Shown here: one piece after another, positions 10,522-22,190 of the stretch
Layout: every line of letters begins with the position of its first letter
How positions within the stretch are numbered: the stretch's first letter is position 1
Assembly: GCA_009103225.1 (NCBI GenBank)
Contig: RHPI01000249.1
Span: forward strand, 117,165-181,164
Source of the DNA: Chlorokybus atmophyticus
Lineage: Eukaryota > Plantae > Mesostigma and Chlorokybus algae
DNA length: 64,000 nt
Direction of reading: 5' to 3'
Position numbers and translations under genes: made by a program
The notes under the pieces: model-generated
What the model saw: only the letters and a program-made list of their open reading frames with translations
Database searches by the model: none
Told to the model about the DNA's origin: nothing

Positions 10522-12099
10522 CGTCGCAAAATGTTACCCTTGACGGCCGATAATATATATAGAATGGTCGTAGGTCTGAAAATGCTCAATCAGACTGTCG
10601 ATGTTCAGGCTGCCGGCGCTCTCGATACAGGGGCCTGAGCATAACGGCCGTTACCATCAATCGACGACCTTCTGCATAAAGGAACCAACTCTAACTGACA
10701 GGTACCTGTAAGGATACCCATCAGTAAAGCAAAAGGGACTTACCCTAATTGACAAGTAACTATCCGGTACCTAATAGTTAGGTACCGGCGACCGTACATT
10801 AACAAATTGTAGCTGACAGGTACCTCATGGTACCTGTCGTTACAAAAAGGGTACCTTGAACGGTACTTGTTGAGTACGGTTCAGTCATGATTAAATACCT
10901 TACGTAAGTGTCATCAACAAACATGAAGTAATCATAAAATAGTATATTACATGTGCTGCAAGTCATACTGGTACTATGCTACAACATGAACTACTGTGAG
11001 CGGCTACTACTGCTGTTGCTACTACTACTACTACTACCACCCTAATCCAAGGCCTTATACCAAGCCGCCGCTCTTGCGCTCCACCTCCGCCGCCGCTCTT
11101 TGTCCACTGCCGCTCCTGCAAGCACAAGTCAATCACACCAGCGCCATCAACAGTGGACAAATGCTCACAGTGTGACAACTTACATACACATGTTGTTGCT
11201 TGCCATATACCGCCGCCGCCTAGCCTAGCCTAGCCTAGCCTAGCCTAGCCTAGCCTGGCCTAGCCGCCCTGAGATCAGAAGGGCGGTTGGGATGCATGCG
11301 CTGTTGCACATAACACAACGTTACAACACCAAGCAAACTTGCTTACCGTTAGCCGTTGCCGCCGCCACCACCGCCGTCGCCGCCATTAGCGCTGCCGCCG
11401 CCGCTGCACAACTCCACTGTTTAACTTGCTTGAAGCTGTTGAGCGTTTGAACCTTGGGCAACCCAAGTGATTTAAACCCGTTGTCACAATGGCACCATCG
11501 TACCATGATTATGGTACGATGGTGCATTGTAGTAATGGGATTTTTGTACCATTCATATGGTACGATAGTTGCATGTACCATCGTTTCGCATTGCTCGCCG
11601 GCCATAAAGGACGGGCGGTCACTAAATTGTCATAGTCGGTAGGTCGCCGCCGCACTAACGGATGACTGGTGGTCTGCCGTCACTTATCAACTGGCGGGCA
11701 GGTCACGGAATAGGGACTGACAGTGACTGGCGCGGCCGCTTGCCATAGTAGGCAAGCGGCCGCGCATACGGTAAGATGGTTATGGTACGACCGGCGGCCG
11801 ACTGACGCAAAACATGACCGAAAGGTGACTATCTACTATGCTAGATAGGTCGCTATCGAGCAAAATAGACGACCGGCAATCAACCGTCACTTGTCGATAC
11901 GGTGACGTCACGTTCTAATCATTGCAGGCAGGTTTTAATCGCGTGTAGCTATCGGCCGACCGCTGGCCGTCATTAAATGTTGCTAAGTAGCACCGGCCAT
12001 TCTATAAGTCCCGTCATGGACCAATTCGTTAGGTCAGGCAGGGTTAGGTACTCGTGAGTCCCTCAGTTCCTTAACAGTCACCGTGTAAAATTTGCGACG
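10522..12099. mobile_element. Non-autonomous repeat element, copy B, with imperfect terminal inverted repeats (CGTCGCAAA...TTTGCGACG)
   Basis: CGTCGCAAA(A)TGTTAC at 10522 is the inverted match of GTAAAATTTGCGACG ending at 12099. GGTACC-rich perfect hairpins at 10764-10788 and 10815-10838, a central (TAGCC)n at 11221-11265, and homology to 6150-7122. Confidence 0.78.
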
Positions 12100-13734
12100 T
12101 TGGGACCATTCATATTCTCCCGTTTCGCTGCTCTTTGATCGAGAACCGCCATGTTCAAGACCGCTTGCCTGCTCAAATCAGCGTTCACCTTGTTCCAGCC
12201 TCGAGGGTGTCACCCATGAGCACTAGTACTTTCATTGTGCATCGGGCTAATCACAACATCAGCTTCGCATATTGTCGTCTTTGGCTGGGCATACCAGCCT
12301 CGAATATTGCACACACGCATACATATGCACACATATCCATATTATCGCATACGCGCACATATAAATACATCCATGTGTGCATGGATGCATACGTATGAGT
12401 ACTTCAAAGCAGACATTTGCATTAATACGCGCACATGTGCACTCATAAGAGAACATCTGCAGAAATATGTTCATACATGTCACATGATGTCTGATCGGTT
12501 ATAAACAGCTATGTGCTTCCACCATACATGCGTTATATTTCATCGCATTTCAAGCCTCATATGCTTTGGAGCAGACTTATGTGAGAGCACACCCACAACC
12601 ACTACACATGCTTGTGAAATGTGGGTCCCAATTAGGCCTCCTCTTACCACATCAGTAAGAGACAGAGTAACTTTTGCTAACCCTATTTGCGTGACACACA
12701 TGACTTCTACAGATGATTGCGCTTGAAAGTGTAACTGTCAATTGTAGTAAGCCGCGAACCACCACCCACACATTGTTGTTGCATGCTGCATACAATCAAA
12801 CAATTGCTCACATATCCGTATTGGATAGCATAATGATGACATCATAGCAAATTAAGGGTCGCTCAACACCGGCAGCCATTGCATCCATCCGCTATTACCG
12901 GCGACACCTGTTTATCACAAGCGCAATGTGATCAATCAAGCCCATTGGAGTGCAAAGCGAGATAAGGACATCTACTCTCCATGTTCCATTCAGCTAGGCA
13001 TATACATGTTGCTCAAACCATTGACTTACCGCCCAGTGCTGACAACATCAACGCAATAGAAATAAGCTTGTTACTTCTACACATTTGCAAAAACACCATG
13101 TGTCATGGCCCTACAAGCACACATTGTCGTTAGTAACATCGTTATTGTTACAAGAGAGAATGGATACATAAGTGTGTGCACTAACACACAACACACCTAT
13201 CAAAGGGTCTCTTCATTGCGTGAATATGCAGGCCAAAAGCCATGGAGAAACTCTATGCGACGGTAGTGTAACGCCATAAGAGGGCCATGAGTAATATGCG
13301 TGGATGTCCACCTGCAGCAAAAAAAATCTATTTATTAAACAATGCCAATGCGTGCTACTTAATAGCACGTAATATGTACAACTCACCACACAAATGGCAA
13401 GGCTGATTGCGTACCGTTATGCACAAGTAGCTGCTGCCAGTAACGGAGCTACTGTCGATGTGAATGCCGCTGCTGCTGTTGTTGTAGCTTCCATGAGTAT
13501 GCTGTAGTTGATGTTGCCTTCGTTGGCAACAACACGACTTTGGCCTACTCGTCAAAGCTATACCGCAATCCTCTATGCCCATATCACTTCGGCATTGCAC
13601 ACTCCCCTTGGTTGTACTCCTCCCAAACCTTATACTTTGCCTCTCTCCGCCCCGTGTATAATCTATCCGATACAGCAATTGTGCAACCGCCCCCACTCTC
13701 ACCGGTGTTGTTTGCCAATCTGACACAGCGACAC

Positions 13735-14140
13735 ATGGAATCCCACCACCAAGCCTACCATTACCACCACCCCATGCCCGTCCCCTTCTACTCCCTACCA
13801 TCCATCGCCCGACCACCGCCGACCGCAACTGACATCAGACCGAGTAGGCCAGGGCGCTGCTGGCAAAGCGACGCATGGTCTCCCACCACCACGCCTACCA
13901 CTACCACCCACCCGTCCCCTTCTACTCCCTACCATCCATCACCCGACCTCGGCCGACCGCAACTGACACTGGTCCGACTAGGCCAGGACGCGGCTGGCAG
14001 AGCGCCGCATGGTATCCCACCACCACGCTTACCGCTACCACCACCCCATGCCCGTCCCCCTCTACTCCCTATTATCAATCGCCCAACCAAGACCGACAGC
14101 CACTGACACTGATCCGACTGGGCCAGGGCGCGGTCAGTGC
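13735..14140. repeat. Tandem repeat, three diverged units of about 135 bp
   Basis: Units start ATGG(A/T)(A/C)TCCCACCACCA at 13735, 13875 and 14009 and share CCCGTCCCC(T/C)TCTACTCCCTA and ACTGACA...GGCCAGG. Confidence 0.85.
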
Positions 14141-14394
14141 CGCTGTCTATCACAAATTCATCGATCTGCTCTGGCTGGACGGACAGTAGCCCTGCCAGGC
14201 CAGGCTATTGCCTGCCCATCTCTTCGCCGCACTCCCGACCCACTCCCGACACCACTCCCGCTCAACTGGTCAAGCACACACATTTCGCATATGCTTCAAG
14301 CATACGGTGTTCGTTTGTGCCCTTACACAAGTTGATACAGTATCGATGGCGGGACACCATTCCACTCTTGCATCGTTTCGAGGCATTGACGTCC

Positions 14395-16690
14395 TCAATC
14401 AGAAAAATCAACACCATGAATAAATCGGTAGGCTTCAGCTCTAGATGGAAATGACCTGCCCTCCGGGCTGCAGCAACAAACCGCAACATCAGTGCTCTTG
14501 ACAGGGCTACACACAGCGCGTCATCATGGCTTAGGCCTACCTCACAAACCGCCTTCGCGGCCTTCCTTGGCACTCATACTTGATGACAAACCAATTGCCT
14601 GGCAGCGGGATGATCAAAGCTGATGACTTTTGCCGTGCCTTGTCATACTCTGCTACTGTTAGCTGCTGATGTATCTGCTTGGAGGCTGTTCGCCGTCGAG
14701 TTTGCTTGCGATGCTGTTGCGAGATGTGTGCGTGCAGTGTAGCCTCATGCCGAACAGCAACCCCAGCACGCCTTTGCTGACTGCCCGTCTTGCTGGATGC
14801 TGGTGGAGACAACGGCCCTGCTTTGGCTGCTTGCTGCTTGAAGTAATGGCGTATCTGAGGTATAGTATAGAGCTTCACGCCGGTAGGTCTGAACATAGGA
14901 CACACGGTGAATGACAACAGACTACCGTAGTGTTGTTCGCATGCTGTTCAGCTGAATCTGTGATATGACATGATTTACGTAGTTGTCGAGCCAATACAAG
15001 ATGAGATGTTTACAACAATTTACAACAACGCACTTTATGTTGACATGACACGTTCGAGGAGGGGAAGGGAGGGGNNNNNNNNNNNNNNNNNNNNNNNNNN
15101 NNNNNNNNNNNNNNNNNNNNNNNNNNNNNNNNNNNNNNNNNNNNNNNNNNNNNNNNNNNNNNNNNNNNNNNNNNNNNNNNNNNNNNNNNNNNNNNNNNNN
15201 NNNNGGGGGAGTTGAGTGCTTGTTTTGCAAGCCGTATGTGTCAGCCCTATGCCACGTGCCACCACGGTATGCATGCACTGCCAGTAATGCTGCCTTACCC
15301 AATGTAGCGTTTGACACGGTTGCCACCCTTCTGAGTGTGGTAGTCTATCCTCCAGCCAGCTGGCAGCTGGTCCATATCCAACGCCTTAAGTGCGAGATGT
15401 GCATCTTGGTTGGTGCCGGATGTGTGCGCGAGTGATGATGGCTCTGCCAACTGAGGCTCCGACGGTGGTATGGCTTTGCGCGCAAGCTGTTTGAGCCGCA
15501 TTCCTTTCGGAACCGCCATTGGCAGAAATGCCGCCTTTCCCTTCTTGCTTGGCCGGCCTGGCCCAACACAGTTTGCTGAACGCTTCTTGTGATTGCGCGG
15601 TGCTGCGGGATCATCATCACCAGGACGTCTTATGTATGTCACAACGACAGCAGCGTAATCCAAGTCTGGTGGCTGCGTAAACGCGGCCAAAGTTTGCAGC
15701 TCGTCCTGCAAGGCATGAGTTGTTACCTCCAGATGTCTGTGAAGCACAATCCGTGGGTGCATGCATGATGGTGTTGTGCGCAGGCATACATACATGCGCA
15801 CACATCAATGCATGCACACACACAACATCCTTGCCACGGACACTGACCTGTGCCATGCCTTCAATGTGAAGGTGTGGCACGTACGCTAAAGAAGCCTCTG
15901 TGTTGCGCGAAACAAGAGCTTCCGAGCTTGCACTGCCTTCTACATCATGTGGTTGCATGCATGTGGTAGAATCTGGAAGGCCACAGCACCGCTCCACATC
16001 CAGTGCGAGCTGCTGAAGAACTGCTTGGGACTGCGCCACTGTGCTGGGGTGCGCCTGTGTGCAGCAACGTAGTGCTAACAACCGAAGTTGCAAAGTTTTA
16101 ACGCAACCAAAGGCAAACACAGCTAAAACGTAGCCAGTACCACACACTGCACTGACTACCGCCAGCCTGTCGTTGCTGGCAAAGAGAGGTCATCTCACCT
16201 TATCAGCAATGCTGCCTGCGAGTTCAGCGGCCAAGCCAGACCCGCTGAAGCCATTGCAGTGACCATCCTCACTACCACGACTGCCAGGCTCAGCTGCGAG
16301 GTGTTCACTGTTCATCGTGGCGTTCTCTGTGAAACACCAGTCTGCACTGAGACCCAGGCCACTACCGCTAAGCACTTCCACCTGCATAGCACACGATGGG
16401 AAAGGCTGTATGTATAATCTGAGCGCCGAGCCTTGGCAGCAAGCCACCAAGCCAAGCTGCCTCTGTTTTTCTTCAATTTATTGCAAACAACATAGCGTGA
16501 TAAAAGTTGTTTTCGTCGCTCGTGACTGCGATAGCTATCAACCTAGGGTACAGTTGGGCTTGCTCTGTCGCCCTTTTCATCAGGAAGCGTTGGCGTAGGA
16601 GGAGCAGCAGACGGAGCAGAAGCTGGTAATGAAGGAGGAATTGTAGTAAAAAGACCTACGGAATAGGGCAGGGGCGGCAGCAGCATGCAT
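14395..16690 (-). CDS. Protein with two C-terminal methyl-CpG-binding-domain (MBD)-like repeats; N-terminal exons and start uncertain
   Basis: Spliced reading gives LPAGWRIDYHTQKGGNRVKRYIG|PTGVKLYTIPQIRHYF (donor 15298, acceptor 14889) and LPGNWFVIKYECQGRPRRRFVS|PEGRSFPSRAEAYRFIHG, both fitting the MBD pattern LP.GW...Y.sP.G..f.S..e...y. Stop at 14395-14397. Confidence 0.7.
15075..15204. other. Assembly gap (N-run) in an intron of the MBD gene
   Basis: 130 N flanked by G-rich sequence. Confidence 0.99.
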
Positions 16691-17139
16691 CCATACACAC
16701 TCCGCAAGGGACTTCTGCTCAGCAGTCAGCAGCTTTGATAGCTTGCGCAATGATATCTGCACGGTAAAGCGACTAATCCGCGACGGCCAAGCCGCCGCCG
16801 CCGCCTGATTGACAGCTGCTGCCACAGCTCAAGCTGGAAGTTGAGCTTGAGCTTCAGCTTCAGCTTGAGCTTGCAAGCTTCAGCTTTCAACTAGGCCTAC
16901 ACCAGGCTTCTGCAAGCCTTTGCATTTGCTCACTGCTGCACTCAGCCCAATTTTTAAGTGCATCGGCAGCTGCTCGTCCTCGGGCTCACAACCACGGCAA
17001 CCACGACAACGCCGCCCTTACTGAAAGCACATCAAACTGCGTGAAGACTTGCACATTGATTGCTGTTGCAACTCGCAAGTGTGTTGAGCTGCTGTGGCAT
17101 TCCCGGCGGCGGCGGCGTGGTGGGGTGTCGTTGGCAGCG

Positions 17140-20100
17140 ATGGCGGCGGTTGCTGGAGAGCTTGGGGAGGTGTGCCGGGAGCTGAGGGAGGTGGCCGGCC
17201 TTGCTGTCACCGCCGCCACAGCAGCGGCGGGTAAGGGAGCTGGTGACAGCTTCAGCCAGCTGCAGCAGCAGCAGCTCGCTGAGGCTGCGGCGAAGGGTGC
17301 TCTGCTGATGCTGGAATTGAGGGAGCTCAACAGACGGGCTTACATGGCCGCCCACGAGGCTAAGGAGAAGACCGCCGCCGCCCGCAAGAGCCTCGACCAT
17401 GCCCACCTCGGCCTCGCCGCCCTCATGTATGAGCGGGACCAGCTGGCAGCGGAGATCAATGCCTGCCGCTCCTTCAGGACCGCCTATCCTGACGTTGACG
17501 CCGCCCTCGCCCCTGCTTCCGCCTCCCCTACCGACCCACAACAGCCTCCCTCATCGCCCCACAATGCCATGCTCGCGCGCCTGAGCAAAGAGCTGCAGGA
17601 TCGCCAGGTGCTTGCATGCTCACTTGCAATGCAGCAGGTTTCGCACGCTATGACCACAAGTCCAAGTTGAGCAAGTGCGTGTATAGTGTGCGTGTTGTCG
17701 TGTGTATAAGCTTGGGGGGCATTTGTGCATGGTGTGTCCATCTAACGAGTGCGCATTGTGTGACTCTTAGCATTGCGCGCTCGCAGTCGCTAGCGGCGAG
17801 ACTGGAGTCACTCAAGGCACGCAAGAAGGCCATGAAGCATGCACTGTCAGCACGCAGCAAGTTTCTGCAGGCGTTGCCAGCTCAGCTGGAGGCGCTCAAG
17901 GCAGCTTCACAGCCATTGCAGGAACAGCTGAAGCAGCCACATGCCGCGCGCAGTGCACAGCGGCGATTGGCATCCCTTCTCCCAGCTCCTTTGTACTTGC
18001 TCTATTTGCAGCTTTCTGCGTATCATGATGCTTTTGACGCCAACATTCGCATTGGCATCAGTGGTGACGCCTCCACAGCTGCTGCTGAACTGGAATCAGA
18101 TGGTGGGTTCACTCTGCTTGCTTGCTTGGTTGTAACAGCAAGAGCTGAAGGACTGGGCATTTACATTGATTTGCATTGCACAGAAGTGGCTGAGCAGACT
18201 GGAATGCGCCTGACAGTAGACACCGCTGCACTCAGTGATGAGCAGCTTTACCGTACGCATCCGTTAAGCGTCGAGCTGCACGTCAGCGATGATCATGACG
18301 CCGCAGCTGAGCTGCTTGTGGTACGCTTGCTGTCTGTGCTGCTAAGCTGTTTCTCTATCAGGACCTGCTGACAACCTCAAGTGCAGGTGTCCTTTCGCTT
18401 CTTGCCTCGCTTGCATGTGATTGGTGTGGCGAGTTCTTTCCCGGATGGTTCATCCGCATCACTGGCCAACCTCTTCCCAAATGATACGGGTGAAGACACG
18501 CCCAACCAGGTACCCAGCACAACACTACATTGGTTGAGAAGGATGTGTCGAGCTCCCAGCTCTGAATGTTGGCGGCCATTGTGTCTTGTGTGAGATGGCT
18601 GATACCCATACTGACAGGCGAGCAAGTTGCTTCATAATGGAGCATTCATGTTTGATGGTCAATTTCCAAGCAGGCCCTTTCGCTGGGCTCAGCACCTCGC
18701 TGGCCTTGACTTTCTTGATGACCCCTCAGCATCTGGTTGGTGGCATGGCTTCCCTTCACATGGTTGCATCAGAGAGGTGCTCAGGCTATGATTGGTTTGT
18801 GTGCAGGCATGCTTGGCAGCATTGAAGCATTGGCAGCGCACAGGCAACAGCAGCGATGTGCACGGGTTGTTGAGCAGCTACGCAACCGTGCAAGAGCCTT
18901 ACAGGCAATACAGTGAGTTTGTTTGCTGCATATAAAACAACTATCATCCCATGTGTGCTGTGCCTCCTGGCCGTGTTCATCCCATGTGAACATGCAATAG
19001 CATTGCTCTGTAACTCTGGTACATGATCTGCGGGAACACGCTTGACGCACGTGTTGCAGTTGACATATTGTGTGGTTTTACAACCATCTGACATTATGCC
19101 CATTTGGTGTAATGCAGAGCAGAAACGGCACAGCTGTTAAAGCTTAACATCCCGAATACGTTGCTTAAGTACACTCCCCAGTGCAAGCTTACAGAGTTCA
19201 CAGAGGTAGAGCACCCACAAGAGCAGCCACCTTCCTTGCTACCCGCACACCAGCATAACTCGGCAGCAACACCCATGGTAACATCAGGAGTGCCACCATC
19301 TCCATCAGTCACGCCCACAGATTTTCCCCACTCAGCAATCTCCGTGTGCTATGCTGCCACACCTATGGCCGCTCAAATGTCATCTGTAGCAGTTGTGGAT
19401 GTAGTGCCACCGCCAGAACCACAGCTGCCATGGCATCTGCATGGCAAAAGGACATTTCGCCTGTGCGTACGCCTTCGCCACCCAACAGTTGAAGTTCAAG
19501 CAGGGGTTTGTTGCTCACTTGATATGCTTGTAGGACGCACACATGCGGGCATGCATCTACCCGGTGCTATCATAGCACATGCCTTGTGTCGTTGTTATGC
19601 ATGAGAATACGTCCATGCAGGTGGAGCTGTACTTGGAGTATCCAACTCGTGCACCAAGTTTCCATCTCAGCCTCTTACGTCCTGCATCGCCTCATCCATA
19701 CACAAACGAGCTTGCTGCCATAGAGGCTGAGGTACAGTGCGTGTGTGGGGGGGGGGNNNNNNNNNNNNNNNNNNNNNNNNNNNNNNNNNNNNNNNNNNNN
19801 NNNNNNNNNNNNNNNNNNNNNNNNNNNNNNNNNNNNNNNNNNNNNNNNNNNNNNNNNNNNNNNNNNNNNNNNNNNNNNNNNNNNNNNNNNNNNNNNNNNN
19901 NNNNNNNNNNNNNNNNNNNNNNNNNNNNNNNNNNNNNNNNNNNNNNNNNNNNNNNNNNNNNNNNNNNNNNNNNNNNNNNNNNNNNCCATCACCATGGGGC
20001 TGAGAAGCTTGAGGACGCAAAAGGCCGCCCTTAGAGTGCTCAAAACCACTCACATGCTATTCATGTTGCAGGTCAACGCACATATCTGGGAGGTGGTGCC

Positions 20101-20443
20101 TGCAGAGCAGCGCCTTCAGTTGCTGACTCAACAAGTTGCGAGGCTCATGCAGTGTATCGACTTGGTTTTTGGCGGTGTGTCAGCCCAAGAAGTGCGTTGG
20201 CAACTCTGAGTCGGCATTAATAGTTGTTCTCACATCATCCAACTGCTGAGCATAACTGCAACGAAGCGATGTGAACATGCCAGGAATGATCCATGCACTT
20301 GAGAAATATGCATTGGGACTCGTGAAGTCTAGTATCTTACTGCATTATCTGGTGCGTTGCAGATGGGTTTGCGAGCCGTGCGAGGTAGAGATCGCAGAAA
20401 AGCCCTCGTCCCAAACGGAGGAGCTTTTGACCATCGTGTATAG
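17140..20443 (+). CDS. THOC5: THO complex subunit 5 (THOC5/FMIP), multi-exon, spans an N-gap
   Basis: Motifs LELRELNRRAY...LAALMYERDQLAAEINACRSF, YRTHPLSV, LANLFPNDTGEDTPN, PFRWAQHLAGLDF and EYPTRAPSF, with a last exon MGLRAVRGRDRRK ending at TAG 20441-20443. Confidence 0.88.
19757..19986. other. Assembly gap (N-run) in a THOC5 intron
   Basis: 230 N after a G run. Confidence 0.99.
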
Positions 20444-21579
20444 ATTGCGTCATTATGGCTGATATAGCGGCAGTTGCTAAAGGTATTAGGTCCTCTTAAG
20501 TCAGCATAAAAGCCAATTGTTGCAAGTGGGAAGGGAATTTTTCAATTCTGTGTTATGTGTGATGCTGAACTGAAACTGACAGGCATGGTGCAACCGCAGC
20601 AGACCAGTGGTAAGACTGGTAGAGACTCGCACAGCTGCTAACCCTGCTCTTGGAACTGCAAGTCATTGTCATAGCTGTGTCTCTGTGCCGGCAGCTTACT
20701 GGCAATGTCGATGATTATGGTGTGCAACCTCATGAAATAGGTTCCGCAATCTGGTCTGACTGACCAGATGATTTGCCCTGGTTGTGCCAATGTATGTAAG
20801 GGGTATGCTGTGATCTATGACAACAGCCCAACACTTCACCTACAATCAGCCACACGAAGTGCAATTGCTTACTTCACATTGTACATGCCATTGTGCTAGA
20901 TATATTTACCCAATTGTGTGACCTAGCCGTACTAGTTGTACTGTGCAAGCATGATTTGCAAATGAGTATTGTAAAATGTTGCTCGTCATCCGCAAGGTAT
21001 CACACTTAACAACCCCAGCTGATCAACTGTTCCTATTCGCTGAACCCTAACCCCAACTTCAACCCGAATCCCAACCCCAATCAACTACCGCTGTGCACTG
21101 ATAATAGACCAATTGTGACACTACCATGGTAGGTATAGGCTAATGCCAAGCACGGTTGCCCTGCTTACATTCATCCTTAAGCTCTGTTCATTTTCACATT
21201 ATGAGGCCCTTGGGCCAAGCAATGTTGTTGTAGCGTTGTGGTCTAAGTAGCTGTCGTCGTGCATGCTGCCGCCCCTGCTGAAGGACTCAGCCTGACCTCT
21301 CCATGTGCCTCTACTGCGCTCTGCAAGTTTTTGTTTTTGTTCCTTACTGCCTTGCCCGCCTCTGCATGCTGCCTCAATTGCAGGGTCCTAGTCTAGTATA
21401 AGGTCATGTCTTAGGCTAGGCTCGGTTGGTGTAAGCTCTGTCTTGGCCCCTACTTGATTGTGCTATTCTGCGTACTGCTACTGTGTTTGTTGCATGTCTT
21501 GTAACCATGTGGAAGTATGATGGCACTAGGTGAGTCACATGCTAGCTGAGCGCGCCTGACCTGGGCATGCGCCGCGAGG

Positions 21580-22090
21580 GTGTGTGTAACATATATGCAA
21601 TGTTATGCATGTGACCCCATTGCATTGTGAACATGACATGCACACACACGCACACTTGCACACGCCAGCAAACAACTTCTTACACCACCGGGCTACCTAT
21701 ACAAACTAGGTAGCTACTTTCGCTAAGCCCTTGCCCCGTTAGTCAACATGCATGCGTAGTTACCTGTACACAAGTAGAGTCCCCACAGTTAGGCACCGGT
21801 GTGGCTGTAGTTGTGGCAGCAGCACAAAGCAGACGGACTCCCCCTCCCTCTGCTCTCTCGCTCTCTCTCCACCCGCCGCCCTGCTTCTCTCTTGGCAGTC
21901 TGCGCCCCTGCTGCTGTTGACGCTGCCAGGGTTGCAGTGTCAACGTCAGCAGTACGCAACTGCGTGCAAGGCTGTCGCGACTTGCCCGCATGGTCGTCAG
22001 TGGCTGAATGTCGCATGCTGTGCCAGTGCAGTCGGTTGTGGTTTGAGGCTGGCAGTTAGGTGCTGCGGTGGGGTTGGGTGGTGGGGTTGG
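21580..22090. repeat. PLE pseudo-LTR, downstream copy (511 bp)
   Basis: Direct repeat of 25336-25848. By eye it differs by one CA unit and about 3 substitutions. Confidence 0.93.
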
Positions 22091-22190
22091 AGCGATATTT
22101 GCTTCGTACAGGCAAGCTGCTTTACCACGCAGCTTGCTCCTCGCGCATGATGCCTGTTGGGCAGTGTGTCATTGCCGGTGCTGCACGTCT

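Noticed and set aside
5925-12099. Direct repeats A and B flanking the pol region read as the LTRs of the Ty3 element
   Set aside because: They lack TG...CA ends, a PBS and an adjacent PPT. Copy B has its own inverted termini and interrupts the integrase, and the copies are visibly diverged. They are better explained as separate insertions.
13735-14140. CRISPR-like array, or extensin-like coding repeat
   Set aside because: The context is eukaryotic, there are no unique spacers between short identical repeats, no cas genes are present, and unit lengths break the reading frame.
16480-16580. OTU-protease-like motif (AVTSDENNFYHAMLFAI) at the 5' end of the MBD gene
   Set aside because: It lacks the catalytic Cys of the DGNC motif, ends in a stop, and could not be spliced convincingly to downstream exons.
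14395-16690. Functional linkage (operon-like system) between the MBD gene and the DNMT retrotransposon
   Set aside because: Only proximity supports it. The gene is intron-containing, head-to-head with THOC5 and outside any recognisable element boundary.
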